DNA of 64,000 nucleotides from Escherichia phage RB43, in the sequence record NC_007023.1. One strand, 5' to 3'. Made by a program: the position numbers and the translations under genes. This document shows, in pieces, positions 36,917 through 46,354 of the stretch (position 1 is the stretch's first letter; the number at the start of each line of letters is the position of its first letter). The notes beneath the pieces were generated by a model. It did not search any database and was not told the origin of the DNA. It was given only the letters and a program-made list of their open reading frames with translations.

Positions 36917-37453
36917 TCAAATACTTTTCAACATGCGTAGTTGAGGTGGACAATCTGGGGAAGCAATCAGGCGATCCAAGCGCGACATAACGCGACGGTA
37001 GCCGTCATACTCGAACTTGATTTTAGGCGGTACATAGTTAACGTTGATTGCGTTTCTCGCGTTAATGTTCGCCTCATACTCAGGGATCACGGTGCGCAAG
37101 CGTAACGCAATCACTGGCTTTTCTTCTTCGAACAATTGGACAGTACAAACACAGGCAAACACTTTACCGTTAACGCGACGGTATGCGATAAGCTCCCGTG
37201 CTCCACCACCTTTAGTTTGTACTGCGTGATACAGAACGTTACACGAATAATGTTTTGCAAGGCTATGCAAAATGTCACGGTACAACTCAAAATCTTTTTT
37301 GATTGATGCAGAGCGATCGATAAAACGGTCTGCAATATGATCTCGCGTTGCCGATACCTTGACGGTATAGAAATCGCCCAACACCATATTAAACAAGTCG
37401 TTTACTTCTTTGCGTACATCGTTGATACGTGACATTAATCGTGTTCTGTTCAT
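36917..37453 (-). CDS. hypothetical protein (178 aa)
   Basis: ORF. Confidence 0.5.
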   Translation of the reverse strand: MNRTRLMSRINDVRKEVNDLFNMVLGDFYTVKVSATRDHIADRFIDRSASIKKDFELYRDILHSLAKHYSCNVLYHAVQTKGGGARELIAYRRVNGKVFACVCTVQLFEEEKPVIALRLRTVIPEYEANINARNAINVNYVPPKIKFEYDGYRRVMSRLDRLIASPDCPPQLRMLKSI

Positions 37454-37456
37454 AAA

Positions 37457-38080
37457 TCACCCATTATGTTTAAAGTATTCGATCTGACGCAGACGTTTTT
37501 CTGCTGCATCTTTCGAATCATATTCACCAAGTTCTTTCGTGCGGTCCTGATTGAGTATAACCCATTTATCGCCGCGCTGTTCGATGTGCTCCGTGATATC
37601 TTCAACAGTCTTATCGAGATCCAACGATTCAGCATCTTCCTCGATAATAGTCAAATCAACAGGCAGTGTCAACAGCCTTTTCACTCCGCTGATATCTTCT
37701 ATGCGGGAATCATACGCAAGCGTAACATGCGGTTTGTAATCGTCGAAATCATACGTTGCTCCGGCATCCATCGCATCTTTGAAACGGCTATGCAGATAAT
37801 CAGACTCCAGAACACCAACGATTGTATTACCATATTTCGTGTCCCACTTTTCGACATCAACCAAACGGGCAGGTTCAGAGATACCGGACGCAGGGAACAA
37901 ATCAACCGTTTTGCGGCTATACACAATCGTTGTATGCAGTTTTGCAGCAGAAACAGGATTCTCTACACCCAGAAGTTTTTGCACCTGTGCAAGCGCTTCA
38001 CAGGAAGCCTGATCGAACTTCGCACACATATACACACCTGGATCTTTCACAGGTTTTGCAACTTCAAGAAAACTTTTCAT
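37457..38080 (-). CDS. 2H phosphoesterase-family protein; positional counterpart of T4 gene 57B (Acb1-like anti-CBASS phosphodiesterase candidate)
   Basis: Two H-x-T motifs (HTTIVYS, HVTLAY); lies directly downstream of gp57A-gp1-gp3 as 57B does in T4 (from memory). Confidence 0.55.
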   Translation of the reverse strand: MKSFLEVAKPVKDPGVYMCAKFDQASCEALAQVQKLLGVENPVSAAKLHTTIVYSRKTVDLFPASGISEPARLVDVEKWDTKYGNTIVGVLESDYLHSRFKDAMDAGATYDFDDYKPHVTLAYDSRIEDISGVKRLLTLPVDLTIIEEDAESLDLDKTVEDITEHIEQRGDKWVILNQDRTKELGEYDSKDAAEKRLRQIEYFKHNG

Positions 38081-38089
38081 GTGTACTCC

Positions 38090-38117
38090 AAATAAAAAAG
38101 GGGCTTTCGCCCCTGAT
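38090..38117. terminator. rho-independent terminator hairpin
   Basis: aaaaaaggggctTTCGcccctgat. Confidence 0.5.
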
Positions 38118-38138
38118 GGTTAAACGCCTAAGCGTTAA

Positions 38139-38420
38139 TTATGCCTTTGAGCGGTCGATCGCTTCGTCGTCTGCTTTCGCTTCATCAGCTTCTGGAAGCA
38201 GTGCTTTGATAGCACCGATCAGAGCATCAGCGGATACGCCCTGGGAACCGTCGATTTCCAACAGTTGACAAATCTGGCCTACCAGTTGGCGATGATTGGT
38301 CAGCTCTTGTTCTTTACCCTGAATGATTTCATTCAGATCGAAAACACGCGCTTTCAGGATCAGTACATCGTTTTGCAGTTGCTGGGTTTGATTTTGGGTT
38401 TGTTCAGTCATTTTATACAC
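38139..38420 (-). CDS. 57A: tail fibre assembly chaperone gp57A-like
   Basis: 93 aa coiled-coil acidic protein directly downstream of gene 1 as in T4. Confidence 0.5.
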   Translation of the reverse strand: MYKMTEQTQNQTQQLQNDVLILKARVFDLNEIIQGKEQELTNHRQLVGQICQLLEIDGSQGVSADALIGAIKALLPEADEAKADDEAIDRSKA

Positions 38421-38422
38421 TC

Positions 38423-39085
38423 TTAAAAGTTAATTACACTAAGCACGTTAGCTTTCAATTCACTAAGCGTACCATTATTTAGGATGATAATATCAGTTGG
38501 TTGAGGGTTCAAACCTTTCTCAGTTGAATGGCTGTCATCCTCTCCGGTTTTCTCGTTCGATGAATACGAACTTAGGCCCCGAACTTGCTCAGGTATTTTA
38601 TATTCATGTTTTTGTCGAACATCCGTAATGATAAAGTTATCTTTATCGGAACGCAACATTTTCTTCAATACAATATCGACCCATACAATATCGTTATGAT
38701 TACACACGATATCAGTACCGAAAACCTGCATCAGTCGGCGTATTGTCCAGGGCTGTGTATTGGTTCTACAGATTTCATATACTGCTGTATCAACAGCACC
38801 AAGCCAATAGCCCCGCTTCTCTAACCGCTTAACCCCGAAGTCGAAGACTTTTAGTGCATCTTCGTTAGACATCAACAGGGGCGCTTCTCGATCGCCTGTA
38901 TAGAATGGGTTGGTTTTAGTCAGTTCACGCAAGTAACGGTTTCCCGATTCCTTCATCCCGTCCGACAGAATACTTTTGATCTCGTCAGCGAGCGCGAACG
39001 CTTCGACGTTTTGATAGTCATCTAAAACGAACTGGGTAGCGGTGTCTTTACCCGTTCGTTTTTTACCACAAATGCAATAAATCAT
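38423..39085 (-). CDS. 1: deoxynucleoside monophosphate kinase (gp1)
   Basis: P-loop CICGKKRTGKDT; size and synteny with gp3. Confidence 0.85.
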   Translation of the reverse strand: MIYCICGKKRTGKDTATQFVLDDYQNVEAFALADEIKSILSDGMKESGNRYLRELTKTNPFYTGDREAPLLMSNEDALKVFDFGVKRLEKRGYWLGAVDTAVYEICRTNTQPWTIRRLMQVFGTDIVCNHNDIVWVDIVLKKMLRSDKDNFIITDVRQKHEYKIPEQVRGLSSYSSNEKTGEDDSHSTEKGLNPQPTDIIILNNGTLSELKANVLSVINF

Positions 39086-39087
39086 TG

Positions 39088-39621
39088 TTATTTTTTCCGT
39101 GGAGTCGGCACGATTACCTTTCCGTCAATTTCAATCTCCATATATGCGAAGTTGAACATAGCCATACAGGAAACGGCTTCATCCGAATCATTAGTGTACA
39201 TAAGCTCAAGCTCTCCCAGGTTGGAGGGCCAAGCACCATAAAAGCGAAATGTCGCCACAGTTTTTGATTGCGAGTTATCCAGGATATGCAAAGCCATTGC
39301 CTGTTGTGATTCACTCCATCGAATAGATTCGAAGGTGTTAAAATCGACGGTTCCAAGCATCCATAGGTAAACACCAAGATAGGATCGCAATTCTTCATCA
39401 ACAGCAAACCGAATAGTTAACGGATCGAACTCCATTGCTGAACCAGGGATCTTACTACGGATCATTGGGTTCAAGGGTGCATCCGTAATCGGTATTTTGA
39501 TAGATGGTAGTGTAACACCCTGAACCTGTAGTTTCAACCCTTTCATGTAATCATTATCAGGAATGTCTAAAAGAAAGTTGGTTGGTGAAATTTGGTTCAG
39601 GATCATAGCAGTTGTATTCAT
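39088..39621 (-). CDS. 3: tail completion and sheath stabiliser protein gp3
   Basis: 177 aa (T4 ~176); exact late promoter TATAAATA upstream; synteny 3-1-57A. Confidence 0.7.
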   Translation of the reverse strand: MNTTAMILNQISPTNFLLDIPDNDYMKGLKLQVQGVTLPSIKIPITDAPLNPMIRSKIPGSAMEFDPLTIRFAVDEELRSYLGVYLWMLGTVDFNTFESIRWSESQQAMALHILDNSQSKTVATFRFYGAWPSNLGELELMYTNDSDEAVSCMAMFNFAYMEIEIDGKVIVPTPRKK

Positions 39622-39643
39622 AACATGATCTCCGTTTATAGAT

Positions 39644-39651
39644 ATTTATAA
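39644..39651 (-). promoter_or_regulatory. T4-type late promoter (TATAAATA) for gp3
   Basis: Exact TATAAATA on minus strand ~25 nt upstream of gp3 ATG. Confidence 0.55.
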
Positions 39652-39660
39652 CCAAGACCG

Positions 39661-39830
39661 TGAGCGAAGCGAACACACGAACGAAGTGAGTGTTTGGTAA
39701 CTCAACTACAGAACTACATAATTATATTTTAATATTTTATATATAGAGAAAAATGTAGTTTTTGGTATACTTTTTGTACAGATGTTAACTATCCGTCTTC
39801 GCTTCGCTTGACGGAACTCGCTTCGCTCGT
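39661..39830. repeat. long inverted repeat (GAGCGAAGCGA / TCGCTTCGCTC arms) enclosing an AT-rich core with internal palindromes
   Basis: gagcgaagcgaac at 39662-39674 pairs with cgcttcgctc copies at ~39798-39828; core holds ctacat/atgtag repeats. Confidence 0.5.
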
Positions 39831-39903
39831 AACCTTGAAAAAGTTATTGATCAATTCAATAAATAGGTATATCATACCCATACTTTCAAAAGAGATTGAA
39901 AAC

Positions 39904-40512
39904 ATGAAATCATTCAAAGAACTTATTTCTGAATCTGTTCAGAACAAAAAATTTGCAAAGACAGTTGATCTGGTTGACCGTGGTAATGCTTCAAAAGGTC
40001 AGATCGGTTTCTTACACTTCGCACATGGTGCTGACTACGATGTGTATGCTCCTGATTCTCACGATCTGGCTTACTTCGGTAAAGGCGTTGTTCGTTTGAA
40101 AGGTAAAACCACTGGCAAAACTCAGGCTGCTTATGTTGACTGGGCGAAAGGCACGGTTTCATTCTACAGCGGTGATCCTGCTGATGACCTGAAATTTGAC
40201 AAGCCAGCAAAATTCAAAGGTGCTTCCCTGTACAAAGAAGCGGAAGAGAACATTGATCTGTATAACCAGTTAGCGGAAGATTTCGAAATCGATCTTCCTC
40301 TGGATGAAGCGCTGGTGAAAGGCGGGATCTATAAACTGCCGAGTAACGATATGCACTTGCTGTATACCGGACGCACCAAAACCAAACCAACTGGGGAATA
40401 TGCGGTATTCACTGTTGTTGATGCTTCTGGTAAACCTCGTCTGGTATCCGGCGCACGATTCACCCAGGAATACAAAGGCGACGTAGTAGCCAAACTGGAA
40501 AAAGTCAAATAA
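39904..40512 (+). CDS. hypothetical Lys-rich protein (~202 aa) inserted between gp3 and gp2
   Basis: Start at MKSFKEL (ATG 39904) with near-consensus late promoter AATAAATAGG upstream; strong terminator downstream. Confidence 0.55.
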   Translation: MKSFKELISESVQNKKFAKTVDLVDRGNASKGQIGFLHFAHGADYDVYAPDSHDLAYFGKGVVRLKGKTTGKTQAAYVDWAKGTVSFYSGDPADDLKFDKPAKFKGASLYKEAEENIDLYNQLAEDFEIDLPLDEALVKGGIYKLPSNDMHLLYTGRTKTKPTGEYAVFTVVDASGKPRLVSGARFTQEYKGDVVAKLEKVK

Positions 40513-40513
40513 A

Positions 40514-40548
40514 AATAAAGCCCCTTCCTTTCGGTTGGGGCTTTTTGT
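40514..40548 (+). terminator. rho-independent terminator
   Basis: aaagccccttcctttcggttggggctttttgtt. Confidence 0.6.
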
Positions 40549-41402
40549 TAATATCTGTTCCAGACTTTTTTTGCCGAGAACGGTTTTCCTTTCGACACAA
40601 ACGCCTGTGTAGGCAACCAGACAGCTTTAGCCCAATCTTTCGGGGCTATTTCTGCAAGTGGTGAACGCAAATGGGCTGGTAGGTAGACTTTGATCATTTG
40701 ATCAGCCCCGCGCATTCCTTTTACGTTGTTCCAGTTGATTTTCAATCTGGTTTTGTTTGAAAGGCGATCCGTAGATCCGTAACCGCGTTTCAAGAGTTCT
40801 TCTAAGAATTCCTGTCGTGCTTTCGGTGGCGCATAGTGCAAGTTCAATCCATATAGAACCACGTTACCCGCTTTAGAACGTCCTGAACCCAGGAAGATGA
40901 TTAGCGGGAACCGATCCCAGTACGGTAGGGTGTCTTTATACTTCGCGTCATACACGAACGTATACAGGCGACCTGTTGCTGGTTTCGCTACCCTGTGCGT
41001 CTTGATACTGGTTTTGATGAAGTCACCAAACCATTCAGTCGATTCTTTCTGACGTTTCGCAGCGGGAACACCAACTGTAATTTTCCTTAAACTGTTTCGG
41101 AAATCGTTGATGATGTCAACCGTATGTTTTTTGCGATAGTCGTTACGTTTTCGTCGGGCTTCGGTTTCTGCCGTGCGTCGTGCGATTTCGTCATCAATTT
41201 GCTGTTTGTAACGGTGCATCGACTTCGTGAACGTCGCATATGCAATTCCGTTATCGTCTGCGAATTTTTTGGCTGTCATGCCTTTTAATTTTGCGCGTCG
41301 GAATTTAATACCAATCTCAACCCATTCCCCCAGCTTTCGCTTCGGTGGCGGTTTTGGCTTATCTTCTTCTGCGATGATCTCGAATTCAAATATAAAGCTC
41401 AT
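40548..41402 (-). CDS. 2: DNA end protector protein gp2
   Basis: 284 aa (T4 ~274); basic; synteny 3/2/4/53. Confidence 0.7.
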   Translation of the reverse strand: MSFIFEFEIIAEEDKPKPPPKRKLGEWVEIGIKFRRAKLKGMTAKKFADDNGIAYATFTKSMHRYKQQIDDEIARRTAETEARRKRNDYRKKHTVDIINDFRNSLRKITVGVPAAKRQKESTEWFGDFIKTSIKTHRVAKPATGRLYTFVYDAKYKDTLPYWDRFPLIIFLGSGRSKAGNVVLYGLNLHYAPPKARQEFLEELLKRGYGSTDRLSNKTRLKINWNNVKGMRGADQMIKVYLPAHLRSPLAEIAPKDWAKAVWLPTQAFVSKGKPFSAKKVWNRY

Positions 41403-41423
41403 AATTCCCTCCGTTTAGGGTAT

Positions 41424-41891
41424 TTATTGCCCTTTCCATCCGAACACACGTTTTAACGTATCTTCTGTGATGATTTTAAATTCCCAGCCCTTTTGCTTCG
41501 CTGCTGTGTTCGCTGCTTTCCATTTGTCAATGTTCACTGCATAAGTATACAGGGCATCGACAAATTTCTTTTTGTTGTGAACATTATTGTTCGCTGGTTT
41601 AGGCGGGGGCAATGTTTCTTTCATTGGCTTGACTTCCCATAGGTAAGTAACGCCATTATCCATTTCAACATAAAAATCCATGAAGTAACGCCGTCTTTTA
41701 CCGTCTGCGTTGCTGAAATATGGGATCACTACCTCTTCACTGTTCCAGCGTTTTACATGCGGGTTTCTATCAAGCCAGTTCATGATGTATTTTTCCCAGC
41801 TTGAACGATACGTTATCTTTCGCGGATCGCCTTTATATTTTGATATGTTCTGGGGCATAAAAGACCCCTTGTACGTCTGTCTTCCAGCCAT
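41424..41891 (-). CDS. 4: head completion protein gp4
   Basis: 155 aa (T4 ~150); divergent from gp53. Confidence 0.65.
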   Translation of the reverse strand: MAGRQTYKGSFMPQNISKYKGDPRKITYRSSWEKYIMNWLDRNPHVKRWNSEEVVIPYFSNADGKRRRYFMDFYVEMDNGVTYLWEVKPMKETLPPPKPANNNVHNKKKFVDALYTYAVNIDKWKAANTAAKQKGWEFKIITEDTLKRVFGWKGQ

Positions 41892-41935
41892 TATAGATCC
41901 TAAATATAGTAAACATTAGATAGGGGAAATTACAA

Positions 41936-42490
41936 ATGTTATTTTCGTTCTTTCCACCAGTTGATTACAACGGTACACCAACTACTGATATCTTTCGTGA
42001 TTATCGTTTTTACTTTAATCGTGTGATCAGGAATTATAAGCCGCGTACATATCAACTGACAGGTTCATTAAGACCTGAACAATTAGCTGAAACGCTATAC
42101 GGAAACCAACAATATTATTGGGTTATCCTGATGCTCAATGACAACTATGACCCGTTTTATGGTTGGATCACAGATCAGGAAACAGCTTATCAATGCGCTG
42201 TTCAACGTTATTCAAAAGTAGGTGGTGAGCAGGTTCTTTATCACATGGATGGGAAAAACAACCGATATTACAATCTGGTTGAAGATCCTAACAACCCTGG
42301 TCATTGGTATGACAAAGGTGATAAAGACATGCGTTATTTGCAGTATCAGGGAACATTAGTCCCTATTGATATTTATGAAGACGCAGTGTTGAAAAATGAA
42401 TCAATGCGAACCATTAAGATTATTAACCCTTCGGATATTCAATCGTTTGTAAGCGATTATATCAAGGAAATGGAAAAGGCAAACACATGA
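41936..42490 (+). CDS. 53: baseplate wedge subunit gp53
   Basis: 184 aa; directly precedes and overlaps gp5. Confidence 0.65.
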   Translation: MLFSFFPPVDYNGTPTTDIFRDYRFYFNRVIRNYKPRTYQLTGSLRPEQLAETLYGNQQYYWVILMLNDNYDPFYGWITDQETAYQCAVQRYSKVGGEQVLYHMDGKNNRYYNLVEDPNNPGHWYDKGDKDMRYLQYQGTLVPIDIYEDAVLKNESMRTIKIINPSDIQSFVSDYIKEMEKANT

Positions 42491-44256
42491 AATACGGTGG
42501 AAACCCATATTCCCCTTTCTTCGAAGGGGTGGTCGAAAATGTCGATGATCCTCGTTATCTGGGGCGCGTACAAGTTCGTGTGTTCGGTGAACATCCGGCA
42601 CAGAAACAAAAATCTGAAACTATCGGTATTCCGGTAGAAGAATTGCCGTGGATGATCCCTATCCAGGACATCACAAGCGCTGCTGTATCGGGTGTGGGTT
42701 TCTCTCCTACTGGTATCGTAAGGGGTAGCTTCGTTGTAGGTTACTGGCGTGATAAATGGCATCAGGACGGGGTTATATTAGGAACCTATGCAGGACAGTA
42801 CACAGAAAAGCCGGATACGCAGAAAGGCTTCTGTGACCCTCTGGGTGAATATCCACGTTATGTGGGTAACGATGTCAACGTTCTGGCTCGTGGTGGTTTA
42901 GACGGTAAAACATCGTCAAGTGTTGTTATCCGTGATGCAAACAGCACACTCGCTGTTAATCCAGACGATAGGCCGTTAGATGAAATTCCAGAAGATAACC
43001 GACCGGATACTGGGGGCTTTACAATTGAAAAAATGATCCGTGGTGATGAAGGTATTCGATTGACATGGTATTATGATGTCAAAGGGTATACCATCGGGAT
43101 TGGACACTTTTTCTTAACCGCTCCACAAGGTACAGATCCAGCAGTTGTTAACGCAGCGTTATCTAAACAAATTGGTAGAACTGTTACGGGTGTTCCTGGA
43201 TCAATCACAGCAGAAGAAGCGGGTGTTTTATTCCAGCAAGATTTGGCTAAAGTTCGTAACGATATTCAGAATAACAGCAAAGTTCGTGAAGTTTATGTTG
43301 GGTTAAATCGCCCACGTCAAATGGCGATCGAAAACATGTGCTTCCAGATGGGTGTTGGTGGTGTCGCCAAATTTACGAATGCTCTTGCAGCAATGAAAGC
43401 ACAGGATTGGAAGACAGCCTATAATGAGTTGCGAAATTCAACATGGGCTAATCAAACTCCTGGGCGTTCTTCGCGCGTATCTAAAATCGTGTTGACAGGA
43501 AACCTTGAATCATATGGTGTTATGGTTCCAGATCCAGAAGGACGCAGTTTAAGTGCTGCTTTTTCTGGTGTTGTTTTGCAAACTGATTCAAACCCAGAAG
43601 ATCCGTTTGTTCCTGGCGATACTCGCGTAATGTTCGAAGAACCGAAATCATCGTATAACGCATCATATCCATATAACATGGTATTTGAATCACGTTCAGG
43701 GCATATTCAGGAATTCGATGATACACCAGGTTATGAACGATATAACCGAGTACACCCAGCAGGAACATATGAAGAAATTCGACCTGATGGAACCCGCGTT
43801 GTTAAAATAGTTGGTGATGATTATCTTATTGTTCAACAGGGCAGAAAGGTAAACATCAAAGGCAATTTACAAGTGGTAATTGAAGGTGACGCGTTCATTT
43901 ACAATATGGGTAACGTTCAACAGACTGTTGACGGAAACGTGACTGAGTTTGTACGCGGAAATGTTAACCAGACTGTCGAAGGTGAATACGTTGGACGCAT
44001 TAAGGGCAACGCTGAATTGACTGTTGAAAAAGATGCTACCGTAAACGTTGACCAGAATTTAATGGCTAACGTTAAACAAAACGCAACTGTTCACGTCACA
44101 GAGGATGCACTTGTTACCGCGAAAAACGCAATGATGGATATTGAGCAAGATTTCGATCTTAACGCAGAAAATATCACAATGGTTGCGCGAACAAATACAT
44201 TCATCGATTCCGGTTCTCTGACTAAGATAACTGGTGGAACGGTTCAGGTGGGTTAA
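42487..44256 (+). CDS. 5: baseplate hub subunit and tail lysozyme gp5 (cell-puncturing device)
   Basis: 589 aa; T4-lysozyme-like core YDVKGYTIGIGHF; C-terminal beta-helix VxGxxxxx repeats. Confidence 0.9.
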   Translation: MKYGGNPYSPFFEGVVENVDDPRYLGRVQVRVFGEHPAQKQKSETIGIPVEELPWMIPIQDITSAAVSGVGFSPTGIVRGSFVVGYWRDKWHQDGVILGTYAGQYTEKPDTQKGFCDPLGEYPRYVGNDVNVLARGGLDGKTSSSVVIRDANSTLAVNPDDRPLDEIPEDNRPDTGGFTIEKMIRGDEGIRLTWYYDVKGYTIGIGHFFLTAPQGTDPAVVNAALSKQIGRTVTGVPGSITAEEAGVLFQQDLAKVRNDIQNNSKVREVYVGLNRPRQMAIENMCFQMGVGGVAKFTNALAAMKAQDWKTAYNELRNSTWANQTPGRSSRVSKIVLTGNLESYGVMVPDPEGRSLSAAFSGVVLQTDSNPEDPFVPGDTRVMFEEPKSSYNASYPYNMVFESRSGHIQEFDDTPGYERYNRVHPAGTYEEIRPDGTRVVKIVGDDYLIVQQGRKVNIKGNLQVVIEGDAFIYNMGNVQQTVDGNVTEFVRGNVNQTVEGEYVGRIKGNAELTVEKDATVNVDQNLMANVKQNATVHVTEDALVTAKNAMMDIEQDFDLNAENITMVARTNTFIDSGSLTKITGGTVQVG

Positions 44257-44258
44257 TC

Positions 44259-46331
44259 ATGATCATGGATTATGAATCAATAATTGATGGTATTATGCAA
44301 GATTTTCAGCATCCGTGTGATGCTGAAATACCTGCTGGATCGTACAGGCGTATTATCTGGCAGGGACACACAGAAGATTACCCCGCTGTTGGGGTAGAAT
44401 GGGATACAGAAATCATTCCGATCGGGACGCATCTTTACACGCAATCCCCGTTTGGACAGAAAAGCGATCCGCTTCCGGTTGTCAACTCCCCAGGTACAGA
44501 TCCGGGTACTGGGGAAGCAACAGGGATTCTCGTTGCTAAAATTGGTTATTATTTCGCTACTCAACAAGAAATTGATGACTATATCACCTCTATCGGGGCT
44601 ACTAAGCTCGCAGGTAATGATTGGTATGGTGCGGATCTGACAAAAGCGAACCTGTTCAAAAACCCAGGCGAACTTGCAATGTACAAGGTCGAGAACTCAG
44701 GCGGTTATCTACTGACTTCTGGCCCACAATGCGATCAGCGTATCAGACAGGCGTATAATAGCGACACAGGCGCGTTTACAAGCGTTGATTACTATTGGAA
44801 TGGTAATCGTATTGCCTACATGAAACATGACGACACAGGGGCGCACAATTGCAAATACGTGGGTATGGTGGTTAACACCAACGCAGACACAAGCATTCCC
44901 CCTGTACCTCCGGCTATGCCGTCAATTTACGGGGCATTGCCTAGCGAAATTTCAATGATGCGCTCCGGTTTGGGTTGTCTTCCTGCAACGGTAGGTTTTG
45001 CGTACACGAATATCAGTGATGCAATGCTATCCGCATGGAACGAAACGCGCAAGTCGTTTAAGCTCGTGTTTGATATGCTTACGGGTATCACTAAAACGGG
45101 TTCCGGTGGTATCTCCACGATGTACGATGGTTTGTCTATCGCAATGGAGGAAATCACAGCGGGTGCTCTTGCGTTGTCACAGCAAGCATGGCAAGCCGCA
45201 ATTAAGGTGTTCAAAGATATTATGTCTTCTGCGTTAAACATCGTAGGTGGTGCGTGGAACATGATAATGAGTTTTTTACCAACTGTTACGATTCTGGGTG
45301 TTTCAATAAACATCTATGATCTGATTTTCGGTGATAACTCAGTGCAGACACTGAAAGATTCATTCCAGGCGATCATTGATGCTGGTACAGAAACCTATGA
45401 GAACGTCATAAACGCAATATACAGCGCTATAGGCAGTGCATACAATTATACCGTTGAATATGTCAAGGCTGGCGCTCGCGACCTCGTGGATGCTTGCAGT
45501 ACGCTTTTTGACTGGTGTATTACCATGTTTCAAAATGGTTGTGTTGCTCTGGTGGATCTGTATGGGCGAATAATGCAAATCTGGGCTATGCCTCCAACGG
45601 TTCCAAACCCTTTATGGGCTGCTGTTCTGGCTATCCGTAACATTATGATGCAGATCAAGCCGCTTGATGTGATCCTGGGTGGAAACTTCCCTGGGTTTAC
45701 GGCAATGGATTTGTACCAAATGGCACAGGAGAAGGTGAAAGAGTTTATCGATCAGTCGTATGCGCAAATACGCGTGTATTATGAACAGGTGAAGGATCTG
45801 ACTAGCACGTTGACTACACAGACACAAGAAAGGGATGCGATTAAACGCAAGTTCGATCAATACCTTAACTGGATGTGGGGCGCTGTTACAGATGCTGCTA
45901 CCGCTGCATATCAGGCTGCATTAGATGCTGCAAACGAGGCAATCGAGCAAACCAAAGCGCTTATCGCTGGCGTTAAAGCACAGATAGCCGCTCTACAGGA
46001 CGCGATGAAAGATACGTACAGCCTTGCGATGGAAGAACTTAAAAAACTTCCTTTGATGCAGCAGATTAATGAATTCTTAGGCTTCTGTGGGATTGCTTTT
46101 GATGATCTGCTGAAAACCTATGATAACGCGGTTACTGGGGCGAAATCATTATATAAAAACTTTGTTGACAGTTCCCGATCGTTTAAGGATACATGCAAAG
46201 TCATATATAACCAGATATGCACACTTGCTCTAAGTAAGGTGACTCAATACGTGAATAAACTGTTGTCTTTAATCGGACTCGCGATCACTTTTGCGTCAAT
46301 TAATATCTGCGTCCCTATGATTCAACTATAA
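44259..46331 (+). CDS. large hypothetical protein (690 aa) between gp5 and gp6; hydrophobic helices and coiled coil
   Basis: Starts 3 nt after gp5 stop; beta-rich N-terminus, central and C-terminal hydrophobic helices; occupies the slot I recall holding T4 5.1-5.4. Confidence 0.7.
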   Translation: MIMDYESIIDGIMQDFQHPCDAEIPAGSYRRIIWQGHTEDYPAVGVEWDTEIIPIGTHLYTQSPFGQKSDPLPVVNSPGTDPGTGEATGILVAKIGYYFATQQEIDDYITSIGATKLAGNDWYGADLTKANLFKNPGELAMYKVENSGGYLLTSGPQCDQRIRQAYNSDTGAFTSVDYYWNGNRIAYMKHDDTGAHNCKYVGMVVNTNADTSIPPVPPAMPSIYGALPSEISMMRSGLGCLPATVGFAYTNISDAMLSAWNETRKSFKLVFDMLTGITKTGSGGISTMYDGLSIAMEEITAGALALSQQAWQAAIKVFKDIMSSALNIVGGAWNMIMSFLPTVTILGVSINIYDLIFGDNSVQTLKDSFQAIIDAGTETYENVINAIYSAIGSAYNYTVEYVKAGARDLVDACSTLFDWCITMFQNGCVALVDLYGRIMQIWAMPPTVPNPLWAAVLAIRNIMMQIKPLDVILGGNFPGFTAMDLYQMAQEKVKEFIDQSYAQIRVYYEQVKDLTSTLTTQTQERDAIKRKFDQYLNWMWGAVTDAATAAYQAALDAANEAIEQTKALIAGVKAQIAALQDAMKDTYSLAMEELKKLPLMQQINEFLGFCGIAFDDLLKTYDNAVTGAKSLYKNFVDSSRSFKDTCKVIYNQICTLALSKVTQYVNKLLSLIGLAITFASINICVPMIQL

Positions 46332-46333
46332 AT
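46326..46333 (+). promoter_or_regulatory. T4-type late promoter (TATAAATA) for gp6
   Basis: Exact TATAAATA followed by RBS AAGAGGGG and ATG 46355. Confidence 0.6.
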
Positions 46334-46354
46334 ACCCGATAAAGAGGGGTAATA

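Noticed and set aside
37466-38268. Plus-strand ORFs 37466-38095 and 37822-38268
   Set aside because: They mirror the 57B-like and 57A-like minus-strand genes, which have motifs and synteny; the plus frames are low-complexity and lack start context.
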